Positions 1 through 8,865 of a stretch of DNA of 64,000 bases are shown in pieces. Position 1 is the first letter of the stretch, and the number at the start of each line of letters is the position of its first letter. Below the pieces are notes generated by a model that saw only the letters and a list, made by a program, of their open reading frames with translations, ran no database searches and was not told the DNA's origin. The position numbers were made by a program, and so were the translations under genes. The stretch lies in the sequence record NC_019401.1; one strand, 5' to 3'.

Positions 1-1
1 T

Positions 2-331
2 TCAGCAATTATTTCTGAACTAACTAAACCTCTTACTTCACAACAAAAACAAATTATGGAATCTCTACTTTCTGCAACTCCAACCGAGAAGCTAAAAGAA
101 GATTTCAGTAAGTACCATAAGTCTGTACTTAAAGGTACTGTAAATGAATCTGCTGCTAATTCTAGCCGTCCAGCAGTTAATACAAAGGCTAAAAATACTT
201 TAACGGAAGGTAGTAAAGTTATTACTGGTAACCGTGAAAGTAATTTCATTAAAAACGAAGAACTATCTTCTGACGATATGAGTTTCCTAGATGAAATCGC
301 TAAATTGTCAGGAATGGATAAAAAACGTTAA
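2..331 (+). CDS. C-terminal part of probable prohead core/scaffold protein (5' truncated by window edge)
   Basis: Frame is open from base 2; lies directly upstream of the major capsid gene like T4 gp22; contains VNE-S and LTE-G protease-type sites. Confidence 0.6.
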   Translation, partial: SAIISELTKPLTSQQKQIMESLLSATPTEKLKEDFSKYHKSVLKGTVNESAANSSRPAVNTKAKNTLTEGSKVITGNRESNFIKNEELSSDDMSFLDEIAKLSGMDKKR

Positions 332-408
332 TTATTAAATGCTAATTTTTCTGTAAGATAAATAAAAGCATACAGAAAAGCAAAAAATATCTTTTTAAGG
401 AGATTATA

Positions 409-1584
409 ATGTCACAACTATTAACTGAATCTAAATGGGCTGCTGTAAAAGATAAGCTTGTTGAAGGTCTTTCTGGTAATCGTAAAACTGTAATGGAATC
501 AGTTCTAGATAACCAACGTAAAGTAATGCTACGTGAATCTGCAACCGCTGGTGCAACTTCTGCTGGTAACATCGCTACACTAAACAAGGTAATTCTACCT
601 ATTATTCGTCGTGTAATGCCAACCGTTATTGCTAATGAAATCATCGGTGTTCAACCAATGACCGGCCCTGTTGGTCAAATCCATACCCTACGTGTACAAT
701 ACGCTGATAACGCTCCAGGTGTTGTTGCAGGTGAAGAAGCTCTATCACCATACAAAATCGCTAAGTCTTATACTGGTGAAATTAACTCTGACAATACCGC
801 ACCACGTGCTGCACCAACTTCTCAACTAGAAGGTGTTATGGGTCGTCGTGTTAACATCCGTATTCTACGTGAAACCGTAGAAGCTCAATCTCGTCGTCTA
901 TCTGCTCGTTGGACTGTTGAATCTGCACAAGATGCACAAGCTCAACACGGTATTGACGTTGAAGCTGAACTAATGGCTGCAATCGCTCAAGAAATCACTA
1001 CTGAGATCGACCAAGAACTACTAGCTCGTCTACGTGCTCTACCAGGTGCTGCTGCTGTTGTTTACGATCAATCTAAAGTTACTGGTGTTGCTACCTTCGT
1101 TGGTGATGAACATGCTGCTCTAGCTACTCTAATCAACCGTCAAGCAAACGAAGTTGCTCGTCGTACCAAACGTGGTGCTGCAAACTGGGCCGTTGTTTCT
1201 CCAACCGCTCTAACTATTCTTCAGTCTGCAACTACTTCTAGTTTTGCACGTACTACTGAAGGTACTTTTGAAGCTCCAACTAACGTTAAATTCGTTGGTG
1301 TTCTAAACTCTACTATGCGTGTATACGTTGATACCTATGCTGATGACAGTACTGATGTACTAATCGGTTATAAAGGTAACCAAGAGACTGATGCTGGTGC
1401 ATTCTATTGCCCATACATCCCACTAATGGCTTCTGGTACTGTGATGGACCCAAATACTGGTGAACTAGTAACTAGCTTCCTAACTCGTTATGGCTATGTA
1501 CAACTAACTGATTCTACCAGTTCACTTGGGAATGCAGCCGATTACTACAGCAAAATTGCTATTCGTAACGTTACATTCATGTAA
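409..1584 (+). CDS. gp23: Major capsid protein, T4 gp23-like
   Basis: Motifs IIRRVMPTVIANEIIGVQPMTGPVGQI, RRLSARWTVE, AFYCPYIPL, TRYG; RBS AGGAG; strong codon bias. Confidence 0.97.
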   Translation: MSQLLTESKWAAVKDKLVEGLSGNRKTVMESVLDNQRKVMLRESATAGATSAGNIATLNKVILPIIRRVMPTVIANEIIGVQPMTGPVGQIHTLRVQYADNAPGVVAGEEALSPYKIAKSYTGEINSDNTAPRAAPTSQLEGVMGRRVNIRILRETVEAQSRRLSARWTVESAQDAQAQHGIDVEAELMAAIAQEITTEIDQELLARLRALPGAAAVVYDQSKVTGVATFVGDEHAALATLINRQANEVARRTKRGAANWAVVSPTALTILQSATTSSFARTTEGTFEAPTNVKFVGVLNSTMRVYVDTYADDSTDVLIGYKGNQETDAGAFYCPYIPLMASGTVMDPNTGELVTSFLTRYGYVQLTDSTSSLGNAADYYSKIAIRNVTFM

Positions 1585-1625
1585 TAAAGTAGTTATTTAG
1601 ATTTAAATAAGTCTTGATATAAATT

Positions 1626-1655
1626 AAAAAAAAGGATGCTTCGGCATCCTTTTTT
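1626..1655 (+). terminator. Rho-independent terminator after capsid gene
   Basis: AAGGATGC-TTCG-GCATCCTT hairpin with A-run before and T-run after. Confidence 0.9.
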
Positions 1656-1673
1656 ACATTATAAGGAAACAAA

Positions 1674-1907
1674 GTGTTAACAGCTAATGAAATAGTAGTA
1701 GAACCCGGAAATGCTATAATTAAAAAGAAACCTGCAAGTTATTTTGAAGATGGTAAGGATGCAGTACTGTTAGAATCTCAGATAAAGAATACATTCAATT
1801 GCTCAGTACTGAAAAAAGATGATTTACCTGATGGATACACTGAAACCGTCAATGCTAGTGATATTGATGTACTAATGGAAATGATAAATTCGTTTGTTCA
1901 ACGGTAA
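1674..1907 (+). CDS. Hypothetical protein (77 aa, GTG start)
   Basis: ORF with AAGGA RBS. Confidence 0.6.
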   Translation: MLTANEIVVEPGNAIIKKKPASYFEDGKDAVLLESQIKNTFNCSVLKKDDLPDGYTETVNASDIDVLMEMINSFVQR

Positions 1908-1923
1908 ATAGCTCTATGATGTA

Positions 1924-1952
1924 TGAAACGTGTACATTTTTTATGGTATAAT
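1924..1952 (+). promoter_or_regulatory. Conserved phage promoter TGAAAC-N17-TATAAT with extended -10 TG
   Basis: TGAAACGTGTACATTTTTTATGGTATAAT; one of 13 copies with identical spacing. Confidence 0.85.
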
Positions 1953-1967
1953 CATGGAGACAAAAAT

Positions 1968-2384
1968 ATGAATATTAAACCAGATTCAACTGTTGTTGTT
2001 TATCTTAACACACAACAGAAATATCACAGAAGTGTGTACAGTAAGTTTGAAGTACTGATCCAAGAATACAAAATGGTCGGTTACATTGAAGACTTAGGTG
2101 TACTATGCTGTGGCTTTGAAACAGTGTACTATGACATGAACAAATATGTCAATGATATTATGAATTCTGATTTTGAAGAAATGACATATGAACAGTACAT
2201 TCTTTATTATCAAGGTAAGCTTGCACAAGATAATCCAGGTGCACCAGTACTCAATGATATGCCTAAGATGATCCCTGGAGTACAGATGAATGAGACTGTT
2301 CCAGTACGTGAAGTACTGAACTCAAACCCTATCTTACAAAATTTGAACGATAAGGGTATAAAAGTGCAGATTTTGAAAGGATAA
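1968..2384 (+). CDS. Hypothetical protein
   Basis: Start moved to ATG 1968 (GGAG RBS) because ATG 1923 lies inside the promoter. Confidence 0.7.
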   Translation: MNIKPDSTVVVYLNTQQKYHRSVYSKFEVLIQEYKMVGYIEDLGVLCCGFETVYYDMNKYVNDIMNSDFEEMTYEQYILYYQGKLAQDNPGAPVLNDMPKMIPGVQMNETVPVREVLNSNPILQNLNDKGIKVQILKG

Positions 2385-2412
2385 ATACCCCACTTATATA
2401 GAGGGGTGAACT

Positions 2413-2724
2413 ATGTCTAATCAAATTTGCTACGTTATTGTTAATCAAGCTTGGCCTGAATGGGTTAAAATAGGATTTACTTCAAAAGAAGAAATGAAAA
2501 CTCGTTTGAGTACATATCAAACTGGTTCTCCGTTTAGAGACTATGAAGTTTATCATGAAGTGTATTTTGAAGATGCAAAAGCTGCTGAAAAAGAAGTTAA
2601 TAAAAGATTGAAGCAGATGAATGCAACTCAAGGTACTGGTAAAGAGTGGTATAAAATGCCAAAGAAACTAGCTGCTAATATGATTGATGCGGTTCTGGAT
2701 GATTTGGAAGAAGGATTACTCTAA
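2413..2724 (+). CDS. T5orf172/GIY-YIG-like domain protein
   Basis: CYVIVNQAWPEWVKIGFT...RLSTYQTGSPFRDY...EKEV...GKEWY pattern. Confidence 0.8.
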   Translation: MSNQICYVIVNQAWPEWVKIGFTSKEEMKTRLSTYQTGSPFRDYEVYHEVYFEDAKAAEKEVNKRLKQMNATQGTGKEWYKMPKKLAANMIDAVLDDLEEGLL

Positions 2725-2727
2725 AAC

Positions 2728-2734
2728 ATAAATA
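2728..2734 (+). promoter_or_regulatory. T4-like late promoter (ATAAATA)
   Basis: Lies just upstream of the tail-fibre gene; same motif precedes many virion genes. Confidence 0.55.
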
Positions 2735-2768
2735 TCTCTATAATATATAAACGTGAGGACTGATTTAT

Positions 2769-4388
2769 ATGAGTATAAGATTTAATCATGCTACCAATAC
2801 AATGACTAGCACGAATTCTGCTTCTATAGTCGTAGAAGGTGGAACACCTAGTGTTCCACGTCCTTTGAGACTGAATGCTTCTTCGGTTGTTTTTCCGAAT
2901 AAAGCATTACCAACAGGTGAAGCTGGTGCAGTAGTTTTCGATACTGCATCAAAAACATTAAAATACCATGATGGTTTCCAATGGGTGGAATTATTATCAC
3001 AAGATGAAATACTTGAACCAATTCAAATTTCACTAACTGAAATTTATAACCAATTAGCTAACCGTGTTAGTTCTGTGACATATAGTTCTAGTGCAGTTCC
3101 AAGTGCAAGTGTTAGTGGAACTAACTTAAATATCGTTTTCCCAACAAGTTCTGGAGGCAGTGGGGCCGCCGTTCCTGGCTTGTTTACTTCATCACCTCCC
3201 GGAAGTATAATGCATTATTCTTTAACTTCTGGACAATCAGTAGCAAGTATTCGAGAACAAATGAGCGGAGTTAGTGGTGGACAAAATGGTAGAAATGGTA
3301 CAGTTAGTGCACCTTTTGTAACTAAAACTGGTTGGTGTTTTGCAGATGGTATGTACTGGACATGGAATGGTTCAGATGGTGCAGTAACTAAAGTTGTACC
3401 GAACTTGAACCAAGAAGCTTACTTGAAAGGTATTACCACAAGTGGTGTAACAAAAACTGATGCTATTATAACAGGTTCAGGAACTATCAGTTCAACCTCA
3501 ATCACAATGCCTGAACACTATCACGGTACTGGTATGATGCGTGGCTTAGGTGGAGATCACGGTGATGATGGTGTATTCATTATTGGTAAAACTTGGAATG
3601 ATGGTCGTACCTATACTGGTGCAATCATTACTGGTGATAAACAACAATATTGGACAACTGCTGCTGACGGCTCTGACACTCGTCGTGCTTTCACAACAAC
3701 TTATCCAATTTACCAAAGTGGTAATACTTCAACACATACCCATAACTTAACGGGTATTGATGTTGGACATTTTAACGTTGCAGTACTGTACAATATTGCA
3801 GAACCAAGCTTAGCATTGAATCAAGCCAATGGTGATGCTCGCTATGTGTTAAAATCCGGTGATGTTATGAGTGGTTCATTAACTATTGCCAACAGTGCAG
3901 CCATTCAAGCTAATGATACTAACTTAATATTATGGTTCCGTAATGCTAGTGGTGGTGAACGTGGAGCTATCTATCATAGTACTACAACTAACACCTTACG
4001 ATTCCGTAGTGCTGGTGGCACAGAAATGGCATTGTCCAACACTGGCGTATTAACTGTAGCTGGATTGACAGTATCAAGCCAAGGAGCTACGGTCGGTGGA
4101 CGTAATATTGTTAGATCAATTAATGGGTCAACTGCTGATGCTAATGGTAATGTAACATTGAGTATTACCGGTGGTGTAGTAACGAACGTTCGCCGTGGTG
4201 CAGAAATTGCAGTTAACCGTTATTCGTTAGGTGATGAATCATTTGTTTATCGTTGTGGCGAAGGCCAGTATGTAACTGGTTTCAATATTTGGTCAAAAAG
4301 TAATAATAATGATGAATTCCGTGATATGTATTCTAGACCTGTACAAATTCTAATTGATGGAACGTGGAGAACTATTTCTGATGTTTAA
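2769..4388 (+). CDS. Tail fibre protein with collar-like domain
   Basis: Gly/Ser/Thr-rich; collar-like PPGSIMHY...GWCFADG...VPNLN; HYH and HTH metal-type motifs; fibre-tip C-terminus ...YSRPVQILIDGTWRTI; followed by a chaperone. Confidence 0.8.
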   Translation: MSIRFNHATNTMTSTNSASIVVEGGTPSVPRPLRLNASSVVFPNKALPTGEAGAVVFDTASKTLKYHDGFQWVELLSQDEILEPIQISLTEIYNQLANRVSSVTYSSSAVPSASVSGTNLNIVFPTSSGGSGAAVPGLFTSSPPGSIMHYSLTSGQSVASIREQMSGVSGGQNGRNGTVSAPFVTKTGWCFADGMYWTWNGSDGAVTKVVPNLNQEAYLKGITTSGVTKTDAIITGSGTISSTSITMPEHYHGTGMMRGLGGDHGDDGVFIIGKTWNDGRTYTGAIITGDKQQYWTTAADGSDTRRAFTTTYPIYQSGNTSTHTHNLTGIDVGHFNVAVLYNIAEPSLALNQANGDARYVLKSGDVMSGSLTIANSAAIQANDTNLILWFRNASGGERGAIYHSTTTNTLRFRSAGGTEMALSNTGVLTVAGLTVSSQGATVGGRNIVRSINGSTADANGNVTLSITGGVVTNVRRGAEIAVNRYSLGDESFVYRCGEGQYVTGFNIWSKSNNNDEFRDMYSRPVQILIDGTWRTISDV

Positions 4389-4794
4389 AAGATATGAAAA
4401 GGTTGGTGGATACACCAACGTTCAGTACTGGAAAGATGAAAATGGTACTGATTGGTATGATTATGCAGATAATGCATCATTGGACAATATGAAAGTACTA
4501 GTTGATGTAAATAACATTGTTGTGGGGTTTCACAAAGATGCAACCACATTAGTACCCAATGAAGCAACATTATATGAAGTGCCTTTTGATGAGATTCCAA
4601 AAGATCTACAACTTGTTAAGTACTCTTATGATGGTGAAAAATTCTATTTGACTGAGTTTAAAGAAAAATCAGAAAGCATTGATGACATTAAGAACCAATT
4701 GTTCATGCTAATGTTGAAAAGTAAGCTTAGTGCTGAAGAAAAGAAAACTTTCGAAGAACTCAAGGTACGTCTTGAAGAAAAACTATCGAAATAA
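4381..4794 (+). CDS. Tail fibre assembly chaperone (Tfa-like)
   Basis: WKDENGTDWYD...KVLVDVNNIVVGFHKDATTLVP resembles P2/lambda Tfa N-terminal domain; ATG 4381 overlaps the fibre stop. Confidence 0.75.
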   Translation: MFKRYEKVGGYTNVQYWKDENGTDWYDYADNASLDNMKVLVDVNNIVVGFHKDATTLVPNEATLYEVPFDEIPKDLQLVKYSYDGEKFYLTEFKEKSESIDDIKNQLFMLMLKSKLSAEEKKTFEELKVRLEEKLSK

Positions 4795-4795
4795 A

Positions 4796-4824
4796 TGAAA
4801 CGCAGAAAAAACATCTGATATAAT
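4796..4824 (+). promoter_or_regulatory. Conserved phage promoter TGAAAC-N17-TATAAT
   Basis: TGAAACGCAGAAAAAACATCTGATATAAT upstream of dsbA-like gene and polymerase. Confidence 0.85.
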
Positions 4825-4828
4825 GTAG

Positions 4829-4860
4829 GCATCCTAGCGGAGAGTTAGGGTGCTTTTTTT
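4829..4860 (+). terminator. Terminator-like hairpin
   Basis: GCATCCTAGC-GGAGA-GTTAGGGTGC (10 bp with 2 G-U) followed by T7. Confidence 0.7.
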
Positions 4861-4880
4861 ATACATGGAGAAATGAAAAA

Positions 4881-5183
4881 ATGGCTAAGAAGACTGAATC
4901 TAAAATTGAAGCACATGAGCTAAATGACGTACAACGTAAAAAACTCAAAGACGGCTTGAATTCCGCAGTAGTCCAACTAACCCACCTAGACACACTAAAA
5001 GAATCTTACGCTGATTTCATGGATACTCTAGCTGATGAACTTGGTTTAGACAAAGCTAAACTAAAATCTGCTGCAATGCGTATCTATAAACAAGATTTCT
5101 TTGATAAAGTTCGTGCACAAGACGAAGTAGAAACTATTCTAACAGTTTCTGGTAATCTTGCACAAATGGAAGATGACGAATAA
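4881..5183 (+). CDS. T4 DsbA-like dsDNA-binding protein
   Basis: ADELGLDKAKLKSAAMRIYKQDF...EVETIL parallels T4 DsbA AKDELGVDGKMFNRLLALYHKD...EVVELY. Confidence 0.65.
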   Translation: MAKKTESKIEAHELNDVQRKKLKDGLNSAVVQLTHLDTLKESYADFMDTLADELGLDKAKLKSAAMRIYKQDFFDKVRAQDEVETILTVSGNLAQMEDDE

Positions 5184-5188
5184 TTAAA

Positions 5189-5212
5189 TAATGCCCCTTA
5201 ATTGGGGCATTA
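5189..5212 (+). terminator. Hairpin between dsbA-like gene and polymerase
   Basis: TAATGCCCC-TTAATT-GGGGCATTA perfect stem, followed by AT-rich run. Confidence 0.6.
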
Positions 5213-5244
5213 TATTTTAAGTGTGTGTAACATAAGGAGATAAG

Positions 5245-8200
5245 ATGTACGTAGATGGATATATGGATAGGAAAAAGACTGGTGAAGTACTTCACGTAGC
5301 TGAACGTGTTAATGGTCAGCGTATTTTGCGTGAAATTGAACCAGTATATGAGTACTATGTAGAGTCTCCGCGAGGTGAATACAAAACTATCAATGGTACT
5401 TTAGCTGAGAAGTTTGAATTTACCCGTTTTTCAGAAATGAAACGACAAATGGATGCATTGCCAAGTACTGCTAAGATTTATGAAGCAGATTGTAATGTAA
5501 CATTTAAAACATTAGCTAAACACTATATGGGTAAGTCATCTCCTGATCTTAATATCGTTTTCTTCGATATTGAAACAGACTTTCACCCTAAATTCGGATA
5601 TGCTCAACCAAGCGACCCGTTTAACCGTGTAACTGCTATTTCATTATATCAAAGCTGGACTGGTAAGGATTATGTTCTTACAATGGCTCCAGTAGATATG
5701 CCAATTTACGAAGCTCAGGACATTATCAATCGTTTGAATGATGAAACGAATGATCCTAACAGCGTTGTAATTCTTTACACTGAAGAAACTGAAATGTTTG
5801 AAACTTTCTTTGAGTTAATTGAAGATAGTGACGTACTTTCAGGCTGGAACAGTGAATTCTTTGATATTCCATACATGGTTAACCGAACCAGAAAGATCTT
5901 TAACGAAGCTACATTAGCTCGTTGGTGTTTATGGAATAAAAAACCAAACGCTCGCGAAGCAGATATGTTTGGTAAAACCATTGTTACCTATGATCTGGTT
6001 GGACGTGTTCATTTAGATTATCTTGCATTGTATAAAAAACATGCTGGTCAAGTAGAACAATCATATAAACTAGACTATATCGCTGAAAAAGTAACTGGTG
6101 AAAACAAAGTATCATATGATGGTTCATTGGACAAATTGTATCGTGAAGATTATGAAACATTTCTACGATATTCTAAGCAGGATAGCATCCTACTAAAGAA
6201 AATCGATGAAAAAATGGACTTTATCAACCTACACAACCGATTAGCACACAAAGAATGCGTACTAATCAGTACTACAATGGGTTCAGTAGCACTAATCGAC
6301 ACCGCAATCATTAACCTTGCACATCAACGTGGTGAAGTAGTATTCAATAAACGTAAACTTGATGATGATGAACAAGATTTTGAGTATCAAGACTACGAAA
6401 TTGACATGGATGATGATGAAGACGATGAAGTACAGGCAGGTTCGAAAGCTGCTGGTGCTTGGGTACAAGATCCAGTACTAGGTTTGATTGATTTCTTGGG
6501 TTGTGTTGACTTTAACTCACTATATCCAACTGTACTCCGTACATTAGGTATGAGTACTGAATGTATTCTCGGTCAGCTTCGTCAGACATATACTGATAAG
6601 TATTTGGCTGATAAAATCGAAGAACAGAGAGTTAAATGGGCTAGAAATGGTGGTCGTGGTAAATTTGAACCAAAATGGACTGAAGCATGGCATGGTTTGT
6701 TTGCTAGTGTTGAATTTACAATGGTTCGTGAGAAATCACAAGAAGTAATTACCGTTGATCTAGAAGATGGCACATCATTTGAAGCAACTGGTGCTGAACT
6801 TTATGATATTATCTTCGGTGAAGATAGTACTATTGTACTAAGTGCTAACGGAACATTATTTGATAAGACTAAGTACGGTGTAATTCCAGAAATTCTTACA
6901 ATGTGGTATTCTGAACGTAAAGCACAACAGAAAATGGTCATCGACTATAAACATTTGGCAACAGATGGTTGGGAAATTCCAGAAGAAGCAGTTCAAGCTA
7001 TCGAAAAAGAACTACAGTCGCTATCTTTCGGTACTGGAATCTATAAAACAAACTTACATGAAGATGATCCAATCTATCAGATGCGTTTAGCACTTGGTAA
7101 AAATGATTATGCTCAAATGGCAAAACTTATCGCTGATAATGGTATGCGTATTGAAGATAATCATATTTTCGTAGCTGATTCTGATAAAAAGTATTGTAAA
7201 ACACAATCTGCTTTCTGGAAACAGAACCAACAGATCCGTAAGATTCTTCTAAACTCACTATATGGTGCGTTGTTGAACAAAGGTTCTCGCTTCTTTGATA
7301 AACGTCTAGGTCAATCAGTTACATTAACTGGTCGTAGTATGACTAAGCACCTAGCAAGTAAAATTAATGAAGTTTGCACTGAAACTTACGATCATAGTGG
7401 TGGTGTGGTAGTATATGGTGATACTGACTCAGTATATTTCAGTGTTGCACACTACTATAAAGAGAATGACATTCCGTTTGAAATGTCAAAAGATGAAGTT
7501 GTTGAACTTTATCAAATGATTGGTGATACCGTAGGTGCATCTTTCCCTGAATTTATGGATAAAACCTTTAATACTGGTATTGAAAAGGGTAAAATCGTGG
7601 GTGCAGACTTAGAAATGGTCGGTTCTCGTGGTCTATTCTTGAAGAAAAAGCGTTATGCTATTCTAAAATATTGGGAAGATGGATTCCGTTTAGATGTGGA
7701 TGGTAAACCTGGTAAAATTAAAGCAATGGGTCTTGAAATTAAACGTTCAGATACACCAAAATACATTCAAAACTTCCTAGAAGAAACGTTGATTGCATTA
7801 CTTATTGGTGAAACCGAAGAAGAATTACGTGCTCGTGTACGTGCATTCAAGAAAGAGTTTAAAGATAAGCCTAGTGTAGAGAAAGGATCGCCAAAAACAG
7901 TAAAAAATTACACCAACAAAGAAAAAGAATATCAGGATACTGGTAAATGTTCTGTTGGACACGTGTTGGCGGCTATACAATGGAACAAACTTCGTGAATT
8001 AAACGATGATAAATCAGTTCCAGAAGCTACTGACGGTACTAAAGTCATTGTATGTGACCTAAAACCAAATCCATTAGGCATCAAAAAGATTGGATATCCA
8101 ATAGATTGTGCTGATTATCTACCAGAATGGTATCTAGAACTTCCATTTGATGATGATACAATGGAAAAAGCTGTATTAACTAAGAAATTAGGTAATATTT

Positions 8201-8277
8201 TCGGTATTTTGGATATGGATATTGGTATTGATGAGAAAAGTACAATTGAATTGAACACTGGCTTCTTTGATTGGTAA
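5245..8277 (+). CDS. gp43: Family B DNA polymerase (gp43-like)
   Basis: ExoI DIETD, ExoII GWNSEFFDIPY, ExoIII YSKQD; polymerase motifs DFNSLYP, KILLNSLYG, YGDTDS, KKRY. Confidence 0.97.
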   Translation: MYVDGYMDRKKTGEVLHVAERVNGQRILREIEPVYEYYVESPRGEYKTINGTLAEKFEFTRFSEMKRQMDALPSTAKIYEADCNVTFKTLAKHYMGKSSPDLNIVFFDIETDFHPKFGYAQPSDPFNRVTAISLYQSWTGKDYVLTMAPVDMPIYEAQDIINRLNDETNDPNSVVILYTEETEMFETFFELIEDSDVLSGWNSEFFDIPYMVNRTRKIFNEATLARWCLWNKKPNAREADMFGKTIVTYDLVGRVHLDYLALYKKHAGQVEQSYKLDYIAEKVTGENKVSYDGSLDKLYREDYETFLRYSKQDSILLKKIDEKMDFINLHNRLAHKECVLISTTMGSVALIDTAIINLAHQRGEVVFNKRKLDDDEQDFEYQDYEIDMDDDEDDEVQAGSKAAGAWVQDPVLGLIDFLGCVDFNSLYPTVLRTLGMSTECILGQLRQTYTDKYLADKIEEQRVKWARNGGRGKFEPKWTEAWHGLFASVEFTMVREKSQEVITVDLEDGTSFEATGAELYDIIFGEDSTIVLSANGTLFDKTKYGVIPEILTMWYSERKAQQKMVIDYKHLATDGWEIPEEAVQAIEKELQSLSFGTGIYKTNLHEDDPIYQMRLALGKNDYAQMAKLIADNGMRIEDNHIFVADSDKKYCKTQSAFWKQNQQIRKILLNSLYGALLNKGSRFFDKRLGQSVTLTGRSMTKHLASKINEVCTETYDHSGGVVVYGDTDSVYFSVAHYYKENDIPFEMSKDEVVELYQMIGDTVGASFPEFMDKTFNTGIEKGKIVGADLEMVGSRGLFLKKKRYAILKYWEDGFRLDVDGKPGKIKAMGLEIKRSDTPKYIQNFLEETLIALLIGETEEELRARVRAFKKEFKDKPSVEKGSPKTVKNYTNKEKEYQDTGKCSVGHVLAAIQWNKLRELNDDKSVPEATDGTKVIVCDLKPNPLGIKKIGYPIDCADYLPEWYLELPFDDDTMEKAVLTKKLGNIFGILDMDIGIDEKSTIELNTGFFDW

Positions 8278-8292
8278 TAAAAGGAAAATAAA

Positions 8293-8802
8293 ATGAGTAA
8301 TGAGACAAACATTTACCAACGTATTGGTGAAAGTTTAGCATCGTCAGGTAAGCATGAAATTATTGCTGCAAATACCCCTGCGGAAGAAGCAATTCTGCTT
8401 CGTGCTGGATTTACCAAGATTGGTTCTATGAAAAATGACAATGGTAACATTGTCAATTTATATAAATTCGATAAACAAGTAAAAGAAGTTGTTAGAGTCG
8501 TTGAAGTTCCTAAAAAAGACCAATCAACTTGGCCTTGGAATGATCAAACGAATCCATTCACTAAACCTAATCCTGGTATTTGGTATTATAATCAAAATAA
8601 TCCATTGTATACCTATGGAAATAGTACTGGTGATAATGTTCACCTTCTATATAAAGGAAGTACTACATCTTCTATGGATGCAGCATATAATCCTTTGAGT
8701 ATTTTGAAAGATTATAGTTTCCCAAGTAATGAGGATACTAAAAAAATGACTGATCTCCTAAGTGTGATTGCTCAAAATACTCAACCAGTAAGAAACGTGT
8801 AA
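8293..8802 (+). CDS. Hypothetical protein
   Basis: ORF with AAGGA RBS. Confidence 0.7.
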   Translation: MSNETNIYQRIGESLASSGKHEIIAANTPAEEAILLRAGFTKIGSMKNDNGNIVNLYKFDKQVKEVVRVVEVPKKDQSTWPWNDQTNPFTKPNPGIWYYNQNNPLYTYGNSTGDNVHLLYKGSTTSSMDAAYNPLSILKDYSFPSNEDTKKMTDLLSVIAQNTQPVRNV

Positions 8803-8807
8803 AAAAA

Positions 8808-8836
8808 TGAAACGGGTACATTTTTTATGATATAAT
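8808..8836 (+). promoter_or_regulatory. Conserved phage promoter TGAAAC-N17-TATAAT
   Basis: TGAAACGGGTACATTTTTTATGATATAAT. Confidence 0.85.
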
Positions 8837-8865
8837 GTACCCGTAAACAAATGGAGAATGAACAA

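Noticed and set aside
342-644. Minus-strand 100-aa ORF and many other antisense or out-of-frame ORFs in the supplied track (e.g. 11571, 18716, 24538, 32545, 63197)
   Set aside because: They overlap well-supported genes, lack RBS and recognisable motifs, and are shadow ORFs of biased codon usage
5245-8277. Possible intein or intron in the polymerase insertions
   Set aside because: No Cys/Ser start with His-Asn end, no LAGLIDADG motifs, and the frame is continuous
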